Part shown: positions 54,665-64,000 of the stretch, piece after piece
How positions within the stretch are numbered: the first letter of the stretch is position 1
Layout: every line of letters starts with the position of its first letter
From: a bacterium
GTDB taxonomy: Bacteria; Patescibacteriota; Minisyncoccia; Phycocordibacterales; UBA9973
Direction of reading: 5' to 3'
DNA: 64,000 nt
NCBI GenBank assembly: GCA_037130335.1
Contig: JBAXTD010000001.1
Span: forward strand, 25,683 to 89,682
The notes under the pieces: generated by a model
What the model was told of the DNA's origin: nothing
Seen by the model: only the letters and a program-made list of their open reading frames with translations
The model's database searches: none
Program-made: the position numbers and the translations under genes

Positions 54665-55864
54665 ATGAATTTTATTTACAAAGCAGTCACTGGTACTGGT
54701 GAAAAAAAGGAAGGAACGATTGACGCTATAAATAAAGATGCGGCTATTTCTGGACTTCAACGTCGCGGGCTTATCATCGTATCTATCAAAGGTGAAGAAG
54801 AAAAATCAATTTTTCAGTTAGCTCTCTTTGAAAGTGTGCCAATGCGAGACATCGTGGTTTTGTCACGCCAAATGTCGACACTCTTTGATGCAAACGTATC
54901 TGCGCTCAAGGCATTTACGATGCTTTCGACAAATGTTGAAAATAAACTTTTGAAACGAAAGTTGGTGACGGTGACGGATGATATTCAATCAGGAAATCAA
55001 ATTTCTGCCGCGCTCGCAAAACATCCCGACGTTTTTTCAGAATTTTATGTAAACATGGTAAAAGCAGGTGAGGAATCTGGAAAGCTCAATCAGATTTTTT
55101 CATTTCTCGCAGATTATCTCGATCGTCAGTACGCACTTACATCCAAAACAAAATCAGCACTTATTTATCCAGGGTTTGTTATTGGAATTTTCTTTGTTGT
55201 GATGACACTCATGTTTACGTTTATTATTCCAAAACTCGAAACAATTATTTTGCAGTCAGGTTCGCCGGTTCCAATTTATACTCAAATCGTTTTTAATATA
55301 TCAAATGTTTTTGTAAATTATGGACTTATTTTATTGATTGTAATTGTGGGAGTTATCGGATATCTCATTCATTTGGCTGGTACAAAATCTGGAAAGGCGT
55401 ATCTCGATGGTATCAAAATAAAAGTTCCAGCATTCGGAGAGCTTTTTCGAAAACTATATCTTTCACGTATTGCAGACAACATGAACACCATGCTTTCATC
55501 TGGAATTTCTATCGTGCACTCGCTTGAAATCACGAGTAAGGTTGTAGGTAATAAAGTATATGAAGATATCATGAATGAAGCCGTTGAAGCGGTCAAAGCC
55601 GGAAAGCCTTTTTCTGACGCACTCGAAAAGCATAATGAAATTCCAAAAATTATGGTGCAAATGATTCGTGTAGGAGAAGAAACAGGGGGAGTGGCAAATA
55701 TTCTCAAAACTCTTTCAGCGTTCTATGCTCGTGAAGTTAACGATGCAGTAAATACACTTGTGTCACTTATTGAACCAGTGATGATTGTGCTCCTCGGTCT
55801 CGGAGTTGGTACACTGCTCGTATCTGTTCTCGTGCCAATTTACAACATGTCATCAGTGGGATAG
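54665..55864 (+). CDS. pilC: Type IV pilus inner-membrane platform protein PilC (GspF family)
   Basis: Two GspF repeats with three TM segments. Confidence 0.88.
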   Translation: MNFIYKAVTGTGEKKEGTIDAINKDAAISGLQRRGLIIVSIKGEEEKSIFQLALFESVPMRDIVVLSRQMSTLFDANVSALKAFTMLSTNVENKLLKRKLVTVTDDIQSGNQISAALAKHPDVFSEFYVNMVKAGEESGKLNQIFSFLADYLDRQYALTSKTKSALIYPGFVIGIFFVVMTLMFTFIIPKLETIILQSGSPVPIYTQIVFNISNVFVNYGLILLIVIVGVIGYLIHLAGTKSGKAYLDGIKIKVPAFGELFRKLYLSRIADNMNTMLSSGISIVHSLEITSKVVGNKVYEDIMNEAVEAVKAGKPFSDALEKHNEIPKIMVQMIRVGEETGGVANILKTLSAFYAREVNDAVNTLVSLIEPVMIVLLGLGVGTLLVSVLVPIYNMSSVG

Positions 55865-55994
55865 TTTTGTTTTCCACATATCCAAATAAAAATGTTTTTT
55901 CTGGGTGTATAATTGAAGCGTTATTATATTAATGGTCGGATCCTCCTTTATCTAATATAAATGGAGACCAAATTATCACTAGTTTATTTTTATT

Positions 55995-56543
55995 ATGCAA
56001 AAAAGAAATATGTTTAGTTCTCTCAAAAAGGATTTCAAAAATGTGTCAGCCGGATTTACGCTTATCGAACTTTTGGTTGTTATTGCAATTATCGCCATTT
56101 TGGCAACAATCGTTCTCACATCACTTGGTGGTGCAACAGGAAAGGGAAATGATGCAAAGGTAAAGGCTCAACTTTCAAGTATGCGTGATCAAGCTGCACT
56201 TTGGGTTCAAGGTTCAGGTGTTACACTTGGTCCTGTTGCCGCTACAGTTTCACCAGTTACTGGTGCAGCTAATGCAACAAATCCATTTGCTGATAGTACT
56301 CTTTCAAACAACAGTTTATATCAATTAATCACAGGTTTGCCATCAGGAACTAAATATACATATGCGTTTGACGGAACAAACACACCTGCAAACGGAGGTA
56401 AATGGGCATTTGCCGGACAATTAACCACAGGATCAATGTGTGTTGATTACACTGGTGGATTCAAAATATCTACATCAACTTCAGCATATGCTACAAATGG
56501 ATTTGACTACACAAATTTTGCTTCTGCATATACATGTAACTAA
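55995..56543 (+). CDS. pilA: Type IV pilin (major-pilin candidate)
   Basis: Prepilin signal ...SAG/FTLIELLVVIAIIAILATI (class III N-methylation site). Confidence 0.8.
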   Translation: MQKRNMFSSLKKDFKNVSAGFTLIELLVVIAIIAILATIVLTSLGGATGKGNDAKVKAQLSSMRDQAALWVQGSGVTLGPVAATVSPVTGAANATNPFADSTLSNNSLYQLITGLPSGTKYTYAFDGTNTPANGGKWAFAGQLTTGSMCVDYTGGFKISTSTSAYATNGFDYTNFASAYTCN

Positions 56544-56563
56544 TATTTAATTTATATTACATT

Positions 56564-56600
56564 AAACAAACACCTCGCGATTGCGAGGTGTTTGTTTTTT
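56564..56600 (+). terminator. Intrinsic terminator after the pilin gene
   Basis: 15-bp stem AAACAAACACCTCGC/GCGAGGTGTTTGTTT with loop GATT, then TTT. Confidence 0.75.
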
Positions 56601-56624
56601 ATTTGAATGATATAATAAAATCAT

Positions 56625-57461
56625 ATGGATACTATTTTTGACACAATTTTTCCAATTATCTTTTTTTTCTTTGGGGCGATTATTGGAAGTTTTTTGAATG
56701 TGGTTATTTTGCGATATCGAAGTGGGCGATCAATTACCAGTGGGAGGTCTGTGTGTTTTACGTGTGGACGTACATTGCATTGGTTTGAGATGATTCCGAT
56801 CGGAAGTTTTTTGAGTCAGGGTGGTCGCTGCGAAGGATGTAAAACAAAAATTTCATGGCAGTATCCAATTGTTGAGGCACTCACAGGAACATTTTTTGTG
56901 TTACTGTATTTTCATTTTCAATATTTATTGATTAGTACACCATTACTTTTTGTAATTTTGTTTACGTATTACGCAATTATTATTTCTATTTTATTAGTGC
57001 TTTCTGTGTATGATATCAGACACAAAATTTTACCAGATCGAATCGTTCTTTATTTTGTATTGCTTGCGTTTATCGGTATGTTTTTTGTCCAGGGCGATTC
57101 ACTTGTAATTCATATTCCACGATACACGCAATTTCTTGCCGGTATATTGTTGCCTGCGCCATTTACCGCAATGTGGTTTTTGTCGAAAGGTAAATGGATG
57201 GGGCTCGGTGATTCGAAGCTCATGGTTGGAATTGGATTTTTGCTCGGTCTTTCGGCTGGATTTACTGCGATTTTATTTTCTTTTTGGATTGGTGCAATCG
57301 TGAGTATTATTATTTTGATAATATTTCGCATTGTTGGTAATCGTGGAGTATCACTTGCAACTGCAATACCATTTGGTCCGTTTCTTGCGCTCGGGACAAT
57401 TATTGTTTTGTTGGGAGAATATAATTTACTGAGTATTTTTAGAGCATTCGGTGGATACTAA
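56625..57461 (+). CDS. pilD: Prepilin peptidase PilD (A24 family)
   Basis: CFTCGRTL...CEGCKT zinc-binding CxxC pairs, followed by a polytopic membrane domain. Confidence 0.88.
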   Translation: MDTIFDTIFPIIFFFFGAIIGSFLNVVILRYRSGRSITSGRSVCFTCGRTLHWFEMIPIGSFLSQGGRCEGCKTKISWQYPIVEALTGTFFVLLYFHFQYLLISTPLLFVILFTYYAIIISILLVLSVYDIRHKILPDRIVLYFVLLAFIGMFFVQGDSLVIHIPRYTQFLAGILLPAPFTAMWFLSKGKWMGLGDSKLMVGIGFLLGLSAGFTAILFSFWIGAIVSIIILIIFRIVGNRGVSLATAIPFGPFLALGTIIVLLGEYNLLSIFRAFGGY

Positions 57462-57463
57462 TA

Positions 57464-58246
57464 ATGAAAAAATTTTTATTATTTAAAAAAAAATTTCAAA
57501 CTGAAAGTCGTTTCAGTAAAATGCCGTTTCGACGAACAGAGGATGGTTTTACACTCATCGAGCTCATAACTGTATTTATTATTATGGGTATTATGTCAAC
57601 GATTCTTTTGTTTAACTTCAGAACGTTTGATGGAAAAATGCAATTTGAAAATATTTCTCAGGATATTGCGCTTCGAATTGTCGAGGCTCAAAAATCTGCA
57701 ATGACAGGAAAAGTTAATCCGAATTTTGTAGGACGAGATGTAAAGCCTGCGTATGGAGTATATTTTTCAAGTGCTCCAACCGCTGGTACTGCAAATAAAA
57801 AGTTTGTATATTTTACTGATATTCCTGGTGTGGGTTCTGGAAGTGGAACGTCGACGGGAAATAAATTATACGATCCACCAACTGGTGTGTTTGTGTGCAA
57901 TGGAGCATCTACAACAGGAAATGAATGTTTGTCTGTGACTACAATCACCACCGGGGAATATGTTGATAATATTTGCTACAAAACTCTCACTGGTTCAAAA
58001 TCGTGCACGGGTTCATATGCATCTGACCTGACTGTTTTGTTTGTCCGCCCTTTTTCTGATGCATCGCTTATTATTCATCAACCATCAACAGCACTTACAA
58101 CTCCAATTGTGGTGCAGTCAGCATGTATCGAGCTTGCATCACCAATTTATATTAATTCAAAAAGAACAATAGTTATTAGTAATTTGGGTCAGATCGGTAG
58201 TTATAATCTTCCAGCAACGAGCACGACGCTTCCGTGTCAAAGTTAA
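57464..58246 (+). CDS. Minor pilin / pseudopilin
   Basis: Prepilin motif EDG/FTLIELITVFIIMGI. An ATG at 57521 would give a shorter leader. Confidence 0.7.
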   Translation: MKKFLLFKKKFQTESRFSKMPFRRTEDGFTLIELITVFIIMGIMSTILLFNFRTFDGKMQFENISQDIALRIVEAQKSAMTGKVNPNFVGRDVKPAYGVYFSSAPTAGTANKKFVYFTDIPGVGSGSGTSTGNKLYDPPTGVFVCNGASTTGNECLSVTTITTGEYVDNICYKTLTGSKSCTGSYASDLTVLFVRPFSDASLIIHQPSTALTTPIVVQSACIELASPIYINSKRTIVISNLGQIGSYNLPATSTTLPCQS

Positions 58247-58248
58247 AT

Positions 58249-58857
58249 ATGAAATTTTTTTATTCAAAAAAACAACATGGATTTACACTCGTTGAAACAA
58301 TGGTTTCGATGACAATCTTTAGTGTGCTTGTCGTATACGGACTCGGCTCGGTACTTACGGCAATAAGTCAGCACGAACGATCACAAAATATGAGTAATGT
58401 TATGGATAATTTAAATTTTATTTTGGAGGACATGTCTCGCAACATTCGACTCGGAACAAATTTTCATTGTTTTGCACCTGATGAATCTGGTACTGGCGTC
58501 GATGGTAGTGGCCATGTAAATGTTGTGCCACAAGATTGCCAGCTTGGTGTTGGTTCAAATGAAATTGTTTTTCAAAGTGTTTCGGGTGTTGCGATCACGT
58601 ATCTCATTGCTCCAGTTGGTGGTGTGGGGCAAGTTCAAATTCAAAAAATCGTTGGTAACGGTACTGCACAAATATTGACCCCCACATATGTCATAATTGA
58701 TTCATCGAAATCTGGATTTATTGTATACGGTGCACCGCAAGGTGATGGTCTCCAACCGGTTATAAATATTTCACTTTCAGGTAAAGTTACATATCGAGGT
58801 ACTGATTCAAGTTTTTCAATTCAAACTACCGTCGCATCACGTCCACTTGATGGATAA
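58249..58857 (+). CDS. Minor pilin / pseudopilin
   Basis: QHG/FTLVETMVSMTIF prepilin motif. A GTG at 58234 is an alternative start. Confidence 0.7.
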   Translation: MKFFYSKKQHGFTLVETMVSMTIFSVLVVYGLGSVLTAISQHERSQNMSNVMDNLNFILEDMSRNIRLGTNFHCFAPDESGTGVDGSGHVNVVPQDCQLGVGSNEIVFQSVSGVAITYLIAPVGGVGQVQIQKIVGNGTAQILTPTYVIIDSSKSGFIVYGAPQGDGLQPVINISLSGKVTYRGTDSSFSIQTTVASRPLDG

Positions 58858-58862
58858 AACAT

Positions 58863-59459
58863 ATGAATATATTTTTTACAAAAAATAAAAAACGAATTTC
58901 AAAGGAAGCAGGGTTTACACTCACCGAGGTGCTTGTAGCGCTTACACTTTTTGCGTTTGCGATTACTGGTGTAATTACTGCGGCGGTAAAAAGTGGTATC
59001 AATATAAATAGCGCAAAAAATCGTTTGACTGCAAATTATCTCGCCCAAGAAGGCGTTGAACTTGTACGCGCCAAGCGTGATTCGTATGTATTGTCGAGCG
59101 ATACATATGTGCATGGGTGGCAAAATTTTGCAGCTGATGTGACAAGTAGTTGTACTGGTCCATGTGATGTGGATGTAAACAGTCTCGCAAATTTAGTACC
59201 AACTTCTGGCGGGGGATTTTATTCGTGTGTGCCGCAGAGTGTGTGTAATCTTTCATATAGTTCTGATGGTTTTTATATTCATGGTACAGGAACCTCGACA
59301 CCATTTAATCGCGAGCTAATCATTACTCCTTTTACATCTCCAGGAGAAACAGTTCCACATGAACTTGAAATTACATCGACAGTGACATGGCAAGAGGGTT
59401 TGAGTACGCAGTCACTTTCGATGAATGAAAGTTTGTTTAATTGGTACATAACAAATTAA
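58863..59459 (+). CDS. Minor pilin / pseudopilin
   Basis: EAG/FTLTEVLVALTLF prepilin motif. Confidence 0.7.
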   Translation: MNIFFTKNKKRISKEAGFTLTEVLVALTLFAFAITGVITAAVKSGININSAKNRLTANYLAQEGVELVRAKRDSYVLSSDTYVHGWQNFAADVTSSCTGPCDVDVNSLANLVPTSGGGFYSCVPQSVCNLSYSSDGFYIHGTGTSTPFNRELIITPFTSPGETVPHELEITSTVTWQEGLSTQSLSMNESLFNWYITN

Positions 59460-59461
59460 AT

Positions 59462-59959
59462 ATGAAAAATATTTTTACAACATATAAAAAAGAAAGTGGT
59501 ATGGCAATTATGTTTGCCGTGCTTATGACAAGTGCGCTTTTGTTGGTAGCGCTTGGTATTTCACAAATATCATACAAAGAAATTCTTTTTTCGTTGGAAG
59601 CGAGAGATTCTGATCGCGCATTTATGGCGGCTGATACTGGAATTGAATGTGGAATGTATATGGATAGTATCGGAGCATTTACGAGTACTTCAAGTGACAC
59701 AATATATTGTCATAATATTCCAGTTGATGCGTATCAAAGTGCTACAACAACGTTTCAGTTTTCGTTGGCTTTGAGTCCGACATCATGCGCACAAGTATAT
59801 GTAAACAAAGCTTCCGGTACAGGTACGAGTACACAGATTGATTCGTACGGTTACAATATTGGTCAACAAATTACATCAGATCCTCAATCGTGTGTGGATA
59901 CGTCGACACTTCGACCAAATGTGGTAAGTCGTGCACTTAGAATTACGTATCCAAATTAG
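59462..59959 (+). CDS. PilX-like minor pilin
   Basis: MKNIF...SGMAIMFAVLMTSALLLVALG N-terminal hydrophobic segment, typical of the PilX N-terminus. A TTG at 59441 is an alternative start. Confidence 0.6.
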   Translation: MKNIFTTYKKESGMAIMFAVLMTSALLLVALGISQISYKEILFSLEARDSDRAFMAADTGIECGMYMDSIGAFTSTSSDTIYCHNIPVDAYQSATTTFQFSLALSPTSCAQVYVNKASGTGTSTQIDSYGYNIGQQITSDPQSCVDTSTLRPNVVSRALRITYPN

Positions 59960-59985
59960 CAGTTTTTGGGTATACTACTTGCTGT

Positions 59986-62010
59986 ATGACAAAAAAGGAA
60001 GCAGAAATCCGTTTGGAAAAACTCAAAAAAACTATTGAGAAATATCGATATAGTTATCATGTAGAGGATATCTCGCTTATTCCTGATGAAGCACTTGATT
60101 CACTCAAAAAAGAACTTGTGGATATTGAAACAGAATTTCCTGAACTTATAACACCTGATTCTCCCAGTCAGCGCGTGGCAGGAATTGCGCGTGATGGATT
60201 CAAAAAAGTTAAACATGAAATTCCTCAGTGGTCATCAAATGATGCTTTTTCAGAAGATGATGCGCGGGACTTTGATGCACGTGTGCGACGATTTTATACA
60301 TCGCAAACTGATCATGATATCGTGCCGGAATATGTATGTGAACACAAAATTGATGGCATGCATATTGTGCTTACATACGAAAAGGGAATACTCAAAACTG
60401 CAGCAACACGAGGTGATGGAATGTTTGGTGAAGATGTAACTGCAAATATAAAAATGATTGAATCAGTTCCTTTGAAATTAAATCAACCGATTTCATGCAT
60501 TGTGGAGGGTGAAATTTACATGACGAAATCGCAGTTTGCAAAGATTAATGAATTACAAAAAAAGAATGGGCTTGAAGTTTTTGCAAATCCACGCAATATT
60601 GTCGCAGGAACAATTCGTCAACTCGACTCGTCGATTGTAGCTGAAAGAAAACTATCAACATTTATTTATGACATCTCTCGTATTGATGGAGAGTTTCCAT
60701 TATCACAAGAAAAAGAACTCAAACTTTTGGCATCACTTGGATTTCGTGTAAATAAAGATTATTCCGTAGCAAAAAATATCGGTGAAGCAATTGAGTTTTG
60801 GAAATTGTGGCGTGACAAAAAAGATTCCGAAGATTATTTTTTTGATGGCATCATGCTCAAAGTAAATGACAGAAAAATTCAAGAAACTTTGGGATATACA
60901 GGTAAAGCCCCACGGTTTGTGGTCGCGCTTAAATTTCCTGCAGAGCAAGTAACGACTGTAGTAGAAGATATTGTAATGCAAGTAGGCCGTACGGGAGTTG
61001 TGACACCAGTTGCGCATCTTAAGCCTGTGTTTGTATATGGCTCTACGGTGTCACGTGCGACACTTCACAACGAAGACGAAATAAAAAGATTGGATTTACG
61101 AATTGGCGACACGGTGATTTTGCAAAAGGCTGGAGATGTTATCCCCGATATTGTGAAAGTGTTGACCGAGATGCGTACAGGCAAAGAAAAAGTTTTTCAT
61201 ATGCCGACAACATGTCCTGAGTGCGATACAAAATTGGTAAAAAAAGAAGTTGGTACAAAAACTGGAGAAGAGAGTGCTGCATTTTATTGTTCAAATGCGC
61301 GCTGTCCTGCAAAAGATCGACGCACGTTGTATTATTTCACAAGCAAAGCGGCACTCGATATTGAACACTTGGGTCCCAAAAATTTGGATGCCTTACTTGA
61401 TGCGGGACTTATATCATCTCGTGCAGATATTTTTACATTAAAAAAGGGGGACTTGCTCGAGCTTCCACGCTTTGGAGAAAAATCTGCAGATAATTTACTT
61501 GAATCAATTGAGAAAAAAAGACACATTGGACTTGATCGATTTATTGTATGTCTTTCGATACCTGAAGTAGGCGAGGAGACGGCGCGCGATTTGGCTGCGC
61601 ATTTTGGAAATTTTGAGAATTTCCAAAATGCGCAGCAACAAGCTCTCGAATCAATCGACGGCGTTGGTCCACGCGTATCACGCTCAATTATTAATTGGTT
61701 TGCCGATAAGCATAATCAAAAAGTTGTAAAAGATTTATTGGATCAAATCAAAGTCGAGAGTGTTCAAAAGAAAAAAGTAAATCAAAAATTTTCTGGAAAA
61801 ATTTTTGTACTCACGGGTACAATGCCAAATCTCTCGCGCGACGAAGCCAAACAACAAATATTAAATCTCGGTGGCAAAGTTGCATCGTCAGTTTCCAAAA
61901 ATACCGATTACGTAATCGCAGGGGAGAATCCCGGTTCCAAATTCGACGACGCACAAAAATTGGAAATCAAAATCATGGACGAGAAAGAATTTTTGGAATT
62001 GGTGAAATAA
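59986..62010 (+). CDS. ligA: NAD-dependent DNA ligase LigA
   Basis: Adenylation motif CEHKIDGM (KxDG), OB fold, a Zn-finger CPECDT...C, HhH repeats, and a C-terminal BRCT domain. Confidence 0.93.
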   Translation: MTKKEAEIRLEKLKKTIEKYRYSYHVEDISLIPDEALDSLKKELVDIETEFPELITPDSPSQRVAGIARDGFKKVKHEIPQWSSNDAFSEDDARDFDARVRRFYTSQTDHDIVPEYVCEHKIDGMHIVLTYEKGILKTAATRGDGMFGEDVTANIKMIESVPLKLNQPISCIVEGEIYMTKSQFAKINELQKKNGLEVFANPRNIVAGTIRQLDSSIVAERKLSTFIYDISRIDGEFPLSQEKELKLLASLGFRVNKDYSVAKNIGEAIEFWKLWRDKKDSEDYFFDGIMLKVNDRKIQETLGYTGKAPRFVVALKFPAEQVTTVVEDIVMQVGRTGVVTPVAHLKPVFVYGSTVSRATLHNEDEIKRLDLRIGDTVILQKAGDVIPDIVKVLTEMRTGKEKVFHMPTTCPECDTKLVKKEVGTKTGEESAAFYCSNARCPAKDRRTLYYFTSKAALDIEHLGPKNLDALLDAGLISSRADIFTLKKGDLLELPRFGEKSADNLLESIEKKRHIGLDRFIVCLSIPEVGEETARDLAAHFGNFENFQNAQQQALESIDGVGPRVSRSIINWFADKHNQKVVKDLLDQIKVESVQKKKVNQKFSGKIFVLTGTMPNLSRDEAKQQILNLGGKVASSVSKNTDYVIAGENPGSKFDDAQKLEIKIMDEKEFLELVK

Positions 62011-62073
62011 TCTTTATCATAAAAATTTTACTTGTCAATTCGTAAAAATAGCAAAAAATGCTATAAATAACCT

Positions 62074-62352
62074 ATGCAATTACAAGACATTAAACATCTC
62101 GCCGTGCTTGCGCGACTCGATATTTCGGACACTGAGGCCGAAGGTCTTTTGGGTGATTTAAAAGAAATCATTGCGTATATTGATCAAGTTACAAGGGTCA
62201 CAGTTTCTGGTACTGAAGTTGATGTTCCAGAGCATCGCAATGTCGCACGTGAAGATACGGTAACAAATCCAGGAGGGCAATATACAGAAATAATTATGGA
62301 AGACGTTCCTGAGAAACAAGATGGATATGTAAAAGTAAACAAAATACTCTAA
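62074..62352 (+). CDS. gatC: Asp/Glu-tRNA amidotransferase subunit C
   Basis: 92 aa. LARLDISDTEAEG...AYIDQV matches the GatC pattern, and it abuts gatA. Confidence 0.85.
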   Translation: MQLQDIKHLAVLARLDISDTEAEGLLGDLKEIIAYIDQVTRVTVSGTEVDVPEHRNVAREDTVTNPGGQYTEIIMEDVPEKQDGYVKVNKIL

Positions 62353-63782
62353 TGACTACACACATTGATTTAAAAAATTTAACAATCGAGAAAGCGCATG
62401 AAGCTCTAAAAAGCGGAGAATATTCTGTGCAGGAATTATGTGATGCGTATCTTGCCGTGATTGCCGAAAAGAATCCTGACATCAATGCGTATCTCGAAAT
62501 TTTTGATGATATCAAGGCTCAGGCAGAAGCTGCACAAAAAAGATTTGCAGATGGCACAGCGACAATGCTCACAGGAATTCCGATGGCAATTAAAGATAAT
62601 CTTTTGATAAAAGGAAAAAAGGTGACGGCGGGTTCAAAAATTCTCGAAGGATATATCGCCACATATTCTGGTGCCGCAATAGAAAAAATTCAAAAAGAAA
62701 ATCCAGTTTTTCTCGGACGTACAAATATGGATGAATTTGCTATGGGAAGTTCAACTCAGACTTCTGCGTTTGGTGTGACACGAAATCCACTTGATCGTGA
62801 GCGTGTTCCTGGAGGCTCATCGGGTGGATCGGCTGCGGCAGTATCTATGCTTGGAGCACTTGTGGCACTTGGAAGTGAGACGTGTGGTTCACTTCGCCAG
62901 CCTGCATCGTATAATGGACTTGTAGGATTTAAACCAACATATGGATCTGTATCACGCAGTGGACTTATTGCTATGGGAAATTCTCTAGACCAGATTGGCC
63001 CACTTACAAAAACTGTAGGTGAAGCAGAAATTCTCGCAAAAGCCCTTGAGACATACGATACACTCGATGCGACTACTGTTTCATTTGATAACCGTGTTCC
63101 AAAAGAAAAAAAACAAACCAAAAAAATTGCAGTCCCCAAAGATGTGATGAGTGGAGAGGGTATTGATAAGGAAGTGTATGATGCATTTATTAAATCTCTC
63201 GAAGCATTCAAAAAAATTGGATACGAAGTTGAAGAAGTTGATTTCAAATATATAAAATATTCTCTCGCTGTGTATTACATTGTGATGCCAGCTGAGGTTT
63301 CTACAAACCTCGAAAGACTCGATGGTGTGCGATATGGCCATCAGGTGAAAGCAGACAATCTTTTTGATTTTTATTCAAAAACTCGTGGTACTGGATTTGG
63401 ACGCGAAGCTCGCCGTAGAATTTTGCTTGGAACGTATGTGCTTTCGCATGGATATTATGATGCCTATTATCGCAAAGCAATTATGCTTCGCAATGAAATA
63501 ACAAAAGAACTCGACGCGATGTTTGAGAAATTTGATTTTCTCGTTACACCACCTGCACCAACACTTCCATTTAAACTTGGAGAAAAAATGACTGATCCAG
63601 TCGCAATGTATTTGTCAGATGTGTTTTCTGCACCTGCAAATCTCTCAGGTTGTCCTGCAATTGCGATGCCAACTGGTTTTACAAATACTGGATTGCCTAC
63701 ATCGATTCAGCTTACAGCACCGAGATGGCGTGATAATGAACTCTTTTCCATTGGCAAAGAACTCGAACGCGTATTACAATAG
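62352..63782 (+). CDS. gatA: Asp/Glu-tRNA amidotransferase subunit A
   Basis: Amidase signature GGSSGGSAAAV with a Ser-cisSer-Lys triad context. Confidence 0.93.
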   Translation: MTTHIDLKNLTIEKAHEALKSGEYSVQELCDAYLAVIAEKNPDINAYLEIFDDIKAQAEAAQKRFADGTATMLTGIPMAIKDNLLIKGKKVTAGSKILEGYIATYSGAAIEKIQKENPVFLGRTNMDEFAMGSSTQTSAFGVTRNPLDRERVPGGSSGGSAAAVSMLGALVALGSETCGSLRQPASYNGLVGFKPTYGSVSRSGLIAMGNSLDQIGPLTKTVGEAEILAKALETYDTLDATTVSFDNRVPKEKKQTKKIAVPKDVMSGEGIDKEVYDAFIKSLEAFKKIGYEVEEVDFKYIKYSLAVYYIVMPAEVSTNLERLDGVRYGHQVKADNLFDFYSKTRGTGFGREARRRILLGTYVLSHGYYDAYYRKAIMLRNEITKELDAMFEKFDFLVTPPAPTLPFKLGEKMTDPVAMYLSDVFSAPANLSGCPAIAMPTGFTNTGLPTSIQLTAPRWRDNELFSIGKELERVLQ

Positions 63783-63803
63783 AAGAGTGTTCAAACTTCT
63801 ATT

Positions 63804-64000
63804 ATGAATCAAAATCTCTTTCAAACAGTAACAACTCAAAACTCACTTTTTAGTACAATGTTTCTCAACATTGATTATTGGTTTTCACGACCAATCGCTT
63901 TTTGGTACTGGCTTCAAAACAGTAATTTCCAGGTTGGAAGTTTTGTATATATGATTTCATATCTACTTAGTTTTTTTGGAATTACGATTACGATTTATTG
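63804..64000 (+). CDS. Hypothetical membrane protein, 3'-truncated at the window edge
   Basis: ATG at 63804 opens a frame with no stop through 64000. The product is hydrophobic (FVYMISYLLSFFGITITIY). It is not GatB. Confidence 0.35.
   Translation, partial: MNQNLFQTVTTQNSLFSTMFLNIDYWFSRPIAFWYWLQNSNFQVGSFVYMISYLLSFFGITITIY

Noticed and set aside
1-64000. CRISPR arrays, cas genes, rRNA genes, inteins and group II introns
   Set aside because: No regularly spaced direct repeats were found. No cas-like or reverse-transcriptase ORFs were found. No 16S/23S/5S-like sequence is present. The large proteins (EF-G, FtsH, LigA, RecG, SecY) have normal lengths with no intein-sized insertions.
1-64000. Alternative genetic code (UGA read as Gly or Trp, as in Gracilibacteria, Absconditabacteria or Mycoplasma)
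   Set aside because: All conserved genes reach full length under the standard code. The TGA, TAA and TAG stops fall where the homologues end, and no in-frame TGA interrupts a conserved protein.

Overview
This 64-kb window is low-GC and reads like a streamlined Patescibacteria/CPR-type genome. L30 is absent, S14 is the Z type, cmk, pyrH and NMNAT are archaeal-type, a type IV pilus cluster is present, and many genes have N- or C-terminal extensions. Standard stop codons appear to be used throughout. The backbone is the ribosomal superoperon in the order fusA, tuf, rpsJ, rplC, rplD, rplW, rplB, rpsS through rplE, rpsZ through rplO, secY, adk, map. It is repeatedly broken by accessory inserts. 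A HicBA module and two lipoproteins sit between fusA and tuf. A 4.4-kb five-gene block sits between rplB and rpsS. cmk and truB sit between rplE and rpsZ, and a pyrH-like gene sits between adk and map. After map, the expected infA-to-rplQ block is replaced by a 911-aa VirD4/TraG-like ATPase, followed by ndk. Each insert is bounded by an intrinsic terminator and a restart promoter of the form TTGACA-17-TGnTAGTAT. Downstream lie a beta-CASP/MBL ribonuclease, rplT-rpmI-infC on the minus strand, smpB, and a tmRNA I identified by hand. The tmRNA has a G3:U70 acceptor stem and a tag that ends FALA-stop. About 225 bp further on there is a direct repeat of the tmRNA 3' end. Next are ftsH, a tRNA with anticodon UAU, a 617-aa secreted protein, recG, a two-component pair, and NMNAT. 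A double-motif LAGLIDADG endonuclease gene follows, and its stop codon lies inside the D-arm of tRNA-Ser(GCU). A degenerate copy of the tRNA-Ser 3' end, 1.2 kb downstream, brackets a small island. After several hypothetical proteins come an ATP-grasp/GH18 pair, a complete type IV pilus locus (pilM, N, O, B, T, C, A, D plus four minor pilins), ligA, gatC and gatA. I saw no CRISPR array, rRNA gene, or obvious intron or intein.
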